Assembly (NCBI GenBank): GCA_025558095.1
Contig: JAIVFI010000010.1
Location: forward strand, 310,001-374,000
Length of the DNA stretch: 64,000 nt
Reading direction: 5' to 3'
DNA from: Hyaloraphidium curvatum SAG 235-1
Lineage: Eukaryota > Fungi > Monoblepharomycota
Shown here: positions 56,308-64,000 of the stretch, one piece after another
How positions within the stretch are numbered: position 1 is the stretch's first letter
Layout of the letters: every line of letters starts with the position of its first letter
Program-made: the position numbers and the translations under genes
Notes under the pieces: model-generated
What the model saw: the letters and a program-made list of their open reading frames with translations, nothing else
Told to the model about the DNA's origin: nothing
Database searches by the model: none

Positions 56308-58654
56308 TCACGGCGCCGGCGAGAACGCCTGCCCCAGATACGCCGAATAGTCCGATCCCCCCGAGACCTGCGGCATCCCGCCCGCCAGCTTCTGCGCCAC
56401 CGCGGGCTTGATCCCCGCCCGCACGAGGTCGTCCGCGGTGATGAAGTTGCGCTCGCCCGCGACGGCCTTGAACGCCCCCAGGAGCTGCTCCGGGGTGGTC
56501 TGGTCCTCCTCGATCGAGCGTACGAAACCGATGTAGGGCTCGAACGTGACCTCCTCCGTCCCCTTGGAGGCGTCGTGGAACACCTTCTCGAACTCCTCGT
56601 CCTGCGATTTCGTGTCAGCATTCAATGTGCGGACCGCCGGCCGCCGCAAACGCACCGAGTAGACGATCCCCATGGCCTGCAGCGCCGCCTTGAACTCGAG
56701 CCTGTTGAGTGAGTTGCTGTTGTCCCTGTCCAGCTGCCTGAAGGCGTTCGAGTACTCCTCCAGCTTCCCGGGCGCGATGTCGGTCCGCGTCCGCGCCACC
56801 ATCTGGTTCTGGATGAAGGACGCCTTCTTGCCGGCGCCGATGCCGAGCTGCTCCAGGTCGAAGGCGAGGTCGTCGGGCGAGTAGATTGTGTAGACGTTGT
56901 CGGCGATGCTGCCGGCCTCGCGCGTCTCGTTGTAGAGCGCCTCGACGTTCTACGGGCCGGCGAGGGATGGTCAGTATCGGCTCGACCTTGGCAGGACTGA
57001 GACCAACCTTGAGCGGCCCGTTCAGGGAGCCCAGCTTGGCCTGCAGCCCCTTGACGGCCTCGAGCTGCTTCTCCAGGCTCATCTCGGGGTCCAGCGACGC
57101 CAGGTCGCGCGACAGCCCCTCGATGTCCCGCGCGAGCGCGTTGGCCGCGTCCGCGTACTTCTTCCTCAGCCGGTCCCTGGCCTCGGCGATGTAGGCCGTG
57201 ATCCCGGACTTGCGCTTGCTCTCGGCGGCCAGGAGGTCCTGCCACGAGCTGTCGATGTCGGCGGGGGTGCAGCCCGCGGGCGGGGCGTAGGCGGCGAGGT
57301 TGTAAGTCTTGAGCTTGGTGGCGATGTTGCCGAGGAGCGTGTCCAGGTCGCGCTTCTCGACGACCCACGAGCGCTTCTGGCCCAGCTTGTGGTTCGTCTC
57401 GAACTCGTTGAGCTGGGCCATGGCGTCCGAGTAGGAGGAGAAGGACGACGAGCTCCAGGCCGAGACCTGGTCCGCGATCGCCTTCATCAGCGCTGCAAAG
57501 ACAAAGCGTGAGTCTCGGTCGATGAAATGCCCGCACAGCCGACCGCCCACCCCTCGCCCGCTCCTCAAAGTCGTTCTGCATCATCCACGCCTGCTCCATG
57601 ACCTCGGCAAACTTGCCCACCCGCCTCTGCGCCGTCTCGAGCTTGTCGCTCCCCGCAAAGGCGTGGAAGTACTGCGCCACGTAGGTCATGACCGAGCGCT
57701 CGTCGGGCTTGACGACCTCGGTCAGGTCCTCGGGGGCAAACAGCTTGGGGATCCCCAGGTCGCGCTCGGCCACCTCCATGGCCAGCGCCGCGTTCTCGGT
57801 CTTCTTCTTGGTGTCGAGCGCGTAGAAATCCAGCAGCTCGGGGCGGTGCCGGTGGATCAGCGCGCACAGGGCCAGGCCGTCGTTCCAGGAGAAGGTGAAG
57901 TCCTTGACGTCCACCGTCGGCTTGTAGGGGGCCGTCTTGCGCTGGCACCACAGCAGCAGGCCCTCCTTGGCCGTCAGGCCCTCCTCGGAGATGTCGGCGA
58001 TGGAGAAGCGCAGGATGAGAGACCAGATCAGGCCCAGGATCAGCTTCGAGTTCTGGTCCACGATGTCCTCGGCGCCGACTGCGGCGGGGGGTAAGCGGGA
58101 CGTGCCGGCCGGCCGGGCGGCGGCACCCACTGTTGGTCAGCTGGATGTTCCGGGACTTGATGAACTGGAGGACCTTGTTGCAGTTCTCCACCTTCTGGAT
58201 CCGCAGCTTGGGGTTCTTGTTGTACCGCCCCAGGCTCTCCTCGCCGATGACCTCGAGAAGCTGGATCAGCGGCTCGCCCGTGCTCACATCGGTGGTGATG
58301 TTGCCGATGGGAGGGAGCCGTTTGTCGGTGAGCTTGGAGTTGGCCCAGTTGGTGAAGGTCTTGATCTGGATCTCCTCCCTGGGCCCCGGTACGCGTCGGA
58401 GTCTGCCCCGAGGTGCGCGGCGCGGGCAACCCACCACTTCTTGTCCAGAATGTGGGCCGTGTCGACGACTGCGCCGTTTCCGGGGTCAGCCCGACCTGCA
58501 CCGCGCGTGCGAGCCGCGCGGGGAGCCCACCTTCCTCCCTGCTGGCGGCGCTGCCTATTTGCCCGCTCGCCCCGTCCACGGGCGTCAGCCGCTGCGACGG
58601 GGGAGCCAGACCCCTGGAAGTGAGGGGCACCGAGGCGCCCGAGCGGTAGGACAT
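56308..58654 (-). CDS. Alpha-actinin-like protein copy 3, intact (no transposon)
   Basis: Exon 1 MSYRSGASVPLTSRGLAPPSQRLTPVDGASGQIGSAASREE, intron 58530-58469, then VVDTAHILDKKW-EEIQIKTFTNW, CH1/CH2, rod and EF hands. Confidence 0.9.
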
Positions 58655-59200
58655 CGCGGGTCCTTCTTTCGGGAATGAATGCGCGTGCGGCGGCGCGCGG
58701 AGTTTGATTGGGTCGGGGGTGTTTGGGGCGAACCGCACGCGACGAACACGCGATGGGGCGGTCCGGCGGGTCTCTAGCGGAATAGATGGGCGAGCTGGAT
58801 GACGCGAGGGAGGCGATGCCGGGATCCGGCTCAGCAACCCTTGCGCCGGACGCCGCGAGGAGGTGTTTGGACTGGAGCGCTAGAATTTTTGGTATCTCTG
58901 CTCGGGAGAGTCTTTTTCCTAACCGGGGCCGCTGTGGTTTCGTCGTCTTTCCAAACCTCCTCATCCCGGGCAGCGAGCCGCCGCCAGCGCGGGCCGGCCA
59001 TCGTGGTCGACCGCCGTTGAGCGCGGGGCGCGTCTGCGCCGCCGCGGAGAGCCGCCGACCGGAGTCTGCCCGCGCCCGGGCCCGCCACCCTCGCGGGTCG
59101 TCATGCGCCCAGCGCATCGGACCCGTCTGAATCGGCTGTAGCCGTCGCCGCAGTGCTGAGCCGCACCGGGCATCCGCCGCCGCCGCACCCGCACGCCGCC

Positions 59201-61691
59201 ATGGCGTCGCCCGCATCCCCCGCATCCCCCGCCGCCGCCCGCCTCGACCCCGCCGACCTGGAGGCCGCGCTGGTGCCGCCGTCGCCCGTCTCGCCGCCCG
59301 TCTCGCCGCCCTCCGCGCCCGCGCTGGTCATCTCGTCGGACAGCGCCGCAGACTTCCCGCCGGTGCCGCGCGAGCCGCCCAACCCAGAGAACAGGCCGGC
59401 GGTGCCGCCCCCCGCCCCCGCGCTGGCCGCCGCCGTCCCGCTGCCGGCTCCCGCCGCACATGCGCCGCCCGGGGCGGCAGCCAGCCCGGCGCCGCTGATC
59501 CAGCCGAAGCAGATCTCGATCGCGGGCGATCTGCAGGCCGCCCCTGCACCGGCCGCCTCGGCCGCCGCAAAGGAGAAGCCGTCCCTCTTCCACCGCCGCA
59601 CGCCCTCGGGCTCGGGCGGCGCCGCCGCCAAGCCGCCCACCGCTCCGGCACCGCAGAAGGCCTCGGGAAACATCTTCAGCCGCATCTTCCACATCCACGA
59701 CGAGGAGGAGGGCAAAAAGTCGACCTCGCCGCCCGCCGCAAAGGATGCGCCCGCCCCGGAAAAGAAGAAGGAGAACCTGGTCGACAAGCTGTTCCACCGC
59801 GACAAGGAGGCGCACGGCGTGCGCCCCGACTCGGCCGGCTCGGACCGCCCGCCCACCCCCTCGGCCCTCAACACCTCGCCGCAGCTCTCCCCCGCCGACG
59901 CCAACGGCTCGCGCTCCGGCACTCCCGCCACGCCCAACGGCGACTACGGCTCCGGCCTCGGCATGCTCCGCGAGATGTGGTCCGGCAGCCCCGCGCCGTC
60001 CGACTCGGGCCAGGGCGGGGACGTCAAGCGCCAGCCCAGCCTGTCGCGCCCGCCGTCGTCGAGCAACGTCTCCGTCTCGGGCTCGGAAAAGGAAAGGGAG
60101 AAGCCGGCGACGCTCAAGCGCGTGGGCTCGGAGCAGTACCTGGCGCAAAAGTACGGCGAGGTGGACGGCAAGGTCATTGGCAGGGGCGCCACGTCGGTGG
60201 TCAGGCTGGCGCACAAGAAGGAGCTGCCGCCGGGGTCGACGATCGCCAACGGCGACAAGGGACTGGACATCACCTACGCCATCAAGGTGGGTTGCCCAGT
60301 CGTGCGGGGTGGTCACAGTCGCTCACCCAGACTGTTCTGGTGGTATCCCACAGGAATTCCGCAAGCGCCGCCGCGACGAGTCCGAGCGCGACTACGTCAA
60401 GAAGCTCTCGACCGAATTCTGCATCGGCCACTCGCTGCACCACCCCAACGTCGTGGACCACATCGAGCTCCTGCAGACGCAGCAGGGCGCGTGGTGCGAG
60501 GTGCTCGAGTACTGCTCCGGCGGCGACCTGTGCAACCTCATCCAGCACGGCGGGCTGACCTACGACGAAGCGAACGGGTTCTTTGCCCAGCTGGTGAACG
60601 GGGTGGCGTATCTGCACACGCTGGGCGTGGCGCACAAGGACCTCAAGCCCGAGAACCTGGTGGGTCCATGCATCGGGCGTGTCTGCACGCGCAGTTCTGA
60701 CGCCGCCGCGCTTTCGTTTGGGTCTACAGATGCTGGACGGCAAGGGCTCGCTCAAGATCACCGACTTTGGCTCGGCCGAGGTGTTCCGCTCCGTGTGGGA
60801 GAAGGAGGCGCACAAGTCGCACCGCCTGGCCGGCAGCGAGCCCTACATCGCCCCCGAGGAGTTCACCGAAAAGGAGTTTGACCCGCGCGCGGTGGACGTG
60901 TGGGCTTGCGGCATCATGTGGGTCGGCGCGGGCGCGCTTCAACGGACTTGCGCTGACGTGGCCCGTCCAGATACCTGACCATGATCTACAACCGCATCCC
61001 CTGGCGGTCCGCGACGGGCGCGGACCCCAACTACAAGTTCTACCTGCGCTGCCGCGCCAAGTACGCTGCCTCGCACACCGCCACCCTCGAGCGGCGCGCG
61101 CCGGCGACCGGCGGCTCGCCCAAGGAGGCCTCGACGGCGACGCTCATCAGCAAGGACTCGAGCTCCAACGTCGTCCCGGAAAAGGACAAGGACGGCAAGG
61201 ACAAGGATGCGACGCTGCTCAAGACCGACCTGTCGCGGTCCAACTCGGCCATCACGCGCGGCTCGTCCGACAGCGGTCTCAAGTCGCACAAGTCGACGCA
61301 GAGCTCCGGCGCCGCGGAGGCCACCGCCTTCCCCATGCTGGATCACCTGCCCTCGGGCCCGCGCAACCTCGTGTTCCGGATGCTGGACCCCAACCCCGAC
61401 ACGCGGATCGCGATCGAGGACGTGCGCAGGGACGCGTGGTTCCGCAACGTGGTCAAGTCGCACATCCACGACCAGTGGATGGAGCGCAGCGATTCCGAGA
61501 CGGAGAAGGCGATGACGGCCAAGAAGGCGCAGGACTCGGACGGCAAGCCGGAGCGCGCGCAGAAGGCGACGAGCGAGAGGGCCCCGTCGACGACGGCGGG
61601 GCCGCACGGGCCGAGCAAGCTGGGGGCGTGCGTGGTGCCCGAGGGGGTCGGCGCGGCCGCCGGCGGGGCGCAGGGCGCCACGTCCAAGTGA
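59201..61691 (+). CDS. Fungal HAL/NPR-family Ser/Thr kinase (Hrk1/Sat4-like)
   Basis: IGRGATSVV, YAIK-EFRKR, EFCIGHSLHHPNVV, HKDLKPEN, KITDFG, GSEPYIAPEEF, FDPRAVDVWACG; three introns. Confidence 0.9.
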
Positions 61692-61940
61692 TCGGGCGCC
61701 CGGGGGGTGGGTTGCCGCGGGTGCGGCCGTTAGAACTAGATTCGGGCGGTTTTGTCGTTGTTCCGGGTCGGAATGTTTCGGTCTGGGGTATGTACGTCTC
61801 TCTGATCAAACGCACATCATTCCATGGGCGTCGCAAAGTTCCGTGTTTGGGAGTTGGAGGAGCGCCGCAGCGATTTCGAATCCGGCGACAATTCCGGGCC
61901 GCGCTCCGCCCCATCCGCCTCATCGCCCGTCCGCCGCAGC

Positions 61941-64000
61941 ATGGACAGCAAAGCGGAGCTCGGGGGTCTGCCGCCGTTCCGGGAAGCCGATGCGGGCGAT
62001 GCGCCGAGGCGGTGGTTCCGCTGGACTGATGCAGTCCTTGGCACCGTTGCAGGGTGCGCCCTCCTGGTGCGTCCTTGAAGCCGCCGAAGCGCCGCAGTCC
62101 GTCGTTTCGGACTCATGCATTTACTGACCGCCTTTCATGTGCATTTGCAGTGGTCGGCGGGGGGGTTGGCGCTCGGGGGACCTCGGGGAACCGTCATGGT
62201 TTCATCACCTTTGCCGGAGCAACAGGGCGCGGGGCTGAGTACCGCCATGAATATGTCGACGTCGTCGGAGCATGAGAGCCTGTATCGCCGCGCGCAGCCG
62301 GACTTTGGCTACCTCAGCTCGGTCTTTTCGCTGTATGCGCAGGACCCGATGGGCGGACCCAGCGTCTACGACATCGATACGGCCCCGGGATCCATCATGC
62401 GTCGGCCCATCCCGTACCTGTCGGGGGAGATGCCGCTGAACTTCGGCCCGCTCAACAACACCATGCGGCTGACGCGGACGAGGGTGTCGAAGGTTACCAG
62501 GACGAGGGTGTCCAAGCTGCCGTTCGGGACGACTGCAGCGCCCATCACGACCACGACCATCACGGCGCCGCCGACGACGACGACGGTTTCTGACATTCGA
62601 TGCGGGGCCGTGGTTTCCAACTCTTGCCCGGAAGGACTCTGCTGCTCCGTCTATGGTTGGTGCGGCTTTTCAGACGCCCAGTGAGTTCCACCCACGCTGC
62701 GATAGCCATTTGCTCACGATTGGCGCCCCAGCTGCCTGAGCGGGTGCCAGCCTGATTGGGGTCGCTGCAACAAGGTCCCCGCGGTTCCAACAGCCACGCA
62801 GACGATAACGATCCCTGCGCCTACGCAAACGGCGCCGACGGGCGGTGTTCCAACCCCAGGCACAATCGCCTACTTTCCCAATTGGGGACCGAGCATTACG
62901 AACTACGACATCGCTGGTGTGAATGTGATCAACTACGCATTCGTGACTATGCGGGCGGATGGTTCGCTCAGCTGGGGCGGCGACTACGCCAGCGGAGGGA
63001 TGATGTATCAGCTCAACAGCGTCTACAAGGCCCGCTACCCTGGCCTGCGGACCGTCTTTTCGATCGGCGGCTGGACGGACTCGCAGTGGTTCTCGCTCGT
63101 GGGTAGCGACGCAGGCCGCCGCAACCGCTTCGCAGACAGCATCTACCAGTTCACCCTCAACAACCAGTTTGACGGCGTGGACCTGGACTGGGGTGCGTTC
63201 CAAGCGACCAGGTGCCTACTTCGCCTCTGACTGGTGTCTTTACAGAGTACCCATCTGGCGGCGGCCAACCTGGCAACACGCAGTCTCCTGACGATGCGCG
63301 CAACTTCGTGCTGATGGTTCAAGAGATCCGCAACCGTCTCGGACCGAACCGACTCATCACAATCGCCGCTTCTACCGACTTGGGCAAGTACGGCAACTAC
63401 CTCCTGCCGCTTGCGAACTTGCTCGACTGGATAAACATCGTGAGTCTGTTCGCGATTGCCGGAGCCGCTACCCTAATCACTCCGGTCCAGATGAGTTATG
63501 ATATGGCAGGGCCGTGGAGCGGATCAGCGGGCTACAACGCTCCTCTGTTCCGGGAACCTGGAACCGGAGACTCGCAGTCGGATGCGATCAATCGCTTTGC
63601 AGCAGCAGGGGTGCCCCGTGCGAAGCTCACCATGGGCATGGCCTTCTACGGCCGGGGCTTCCGCGTCGCGAGCGGGGCCAACAATGGTCTCTACCAGAGG
63701 CAGATTGGAGCTCCGACGGGGGACGGCACGGACGATCCCGGAGTCTGGACCTGGAGGGGCCTGCGATCGTCGATACTCGCCAACGGACCGTTCAGCACAA
63801 CCGGCGACTGGAGGAGGATCTACCGCGATCAGGTTCAGACGCCGACGCTGTTCTCTCCCTCCCGCAACGTCTTCATTGGCTACGATGATCCCCAATCCAC
63901 GTGCGTCAAGGCCCTTTGGGCGAAAAACAACGGCTTTGGAGGAGGTGGGTTTCAATCGCCCACCCGCGCTTTCTCCGCCTGATCCCGTGCACAGTGATGG
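61941..64000 (+). CDS. GH18 chitinase with N-terminal TM segment, Thr-rich linker and CBM18 (hevein-like) module; 3' end runs off window
   Basis: CG...SCPEGLCCSVYGWCG (CBM18); INYAF, SIGGW, FDGVDLDW-EYP (DxxDxDxE), MSYD, MGMAFYGRG, IGYDDP. Confidence 0.9.

Larger units (their letters stand above)
28908..58816. repeat. Tandem segmental amplification, period 13,512 bp: three BABAM1-3'/alpha-actinin segments separated by two cargo blocks
   Basis: The ORF track repeats with offset 13,512. 30426-44733 appears identical to 43938-58245. Outer flanks (28908-30425 and 58246-58816) are homologous but diverged. Confidence 0.95.

Noticed and set aside
58496-58530. 35-nt first intron of alpha-actinin copy 3 using the first TGCAG
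   Set aside because: It lacks a branch site. The downstream GCTGAC...CAG acceptor (58469) gives a 62-nt intron in the right phase and is conserved in copies 1 and 2.

Overview
Gene-dense, GC-rich eukaryotic DNA with many short (about 50-60 nt) spliceosomal introns. Chitinase, HAL-family kinase, Nud1/Cdc11-like, Rim20-like and BABAM1-like genes suggest an early-diverging fungus (inference). Positions 1-29 kb are mostly housekeeping genes: forkhead TF, ISA2, RIM20/BRO1, SCS2/VAP, SEC16, NDUFAF6, a Nud1-like LRR protein, SPE3 with an intronic C/D snoRNA, SAL1, VMA8 and BABAM1. The top finding is a 4.1-kb module between ISA2 and RIM20, bounded by an imperfect 23-25 bp direct repeat. It encodes a head-to-head McrBC-like pair: an McrB-family AAA+ GTPase with an RNI-type leucine-rich-repeat N-terminus and a predicted spliceosomal intron, and an intact McrC-type PD-(D/E)xK nuclease. 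This looks like a eukaryote-adapted type IV restriction-like defence or selfish system. From about 28.9 to 58.8 kb there is a tandem amplification (period 13,512 bp) with three alpha-actinin copies, the middle one chimeric. It also holds two copies of an intact hAT transposon inserted at an intron donor and two copies of a 7.7-kb cargo block: a beta-hairpin-repeat protein paired with a bacteriocin-like glycine-zipper peptide, an F-box protein, two orphans and an acyltransferase. The window ends with a HAL/NPR kinase and a GH18 chitinase. Gene models, counts and family calls were made by eye without database searches.
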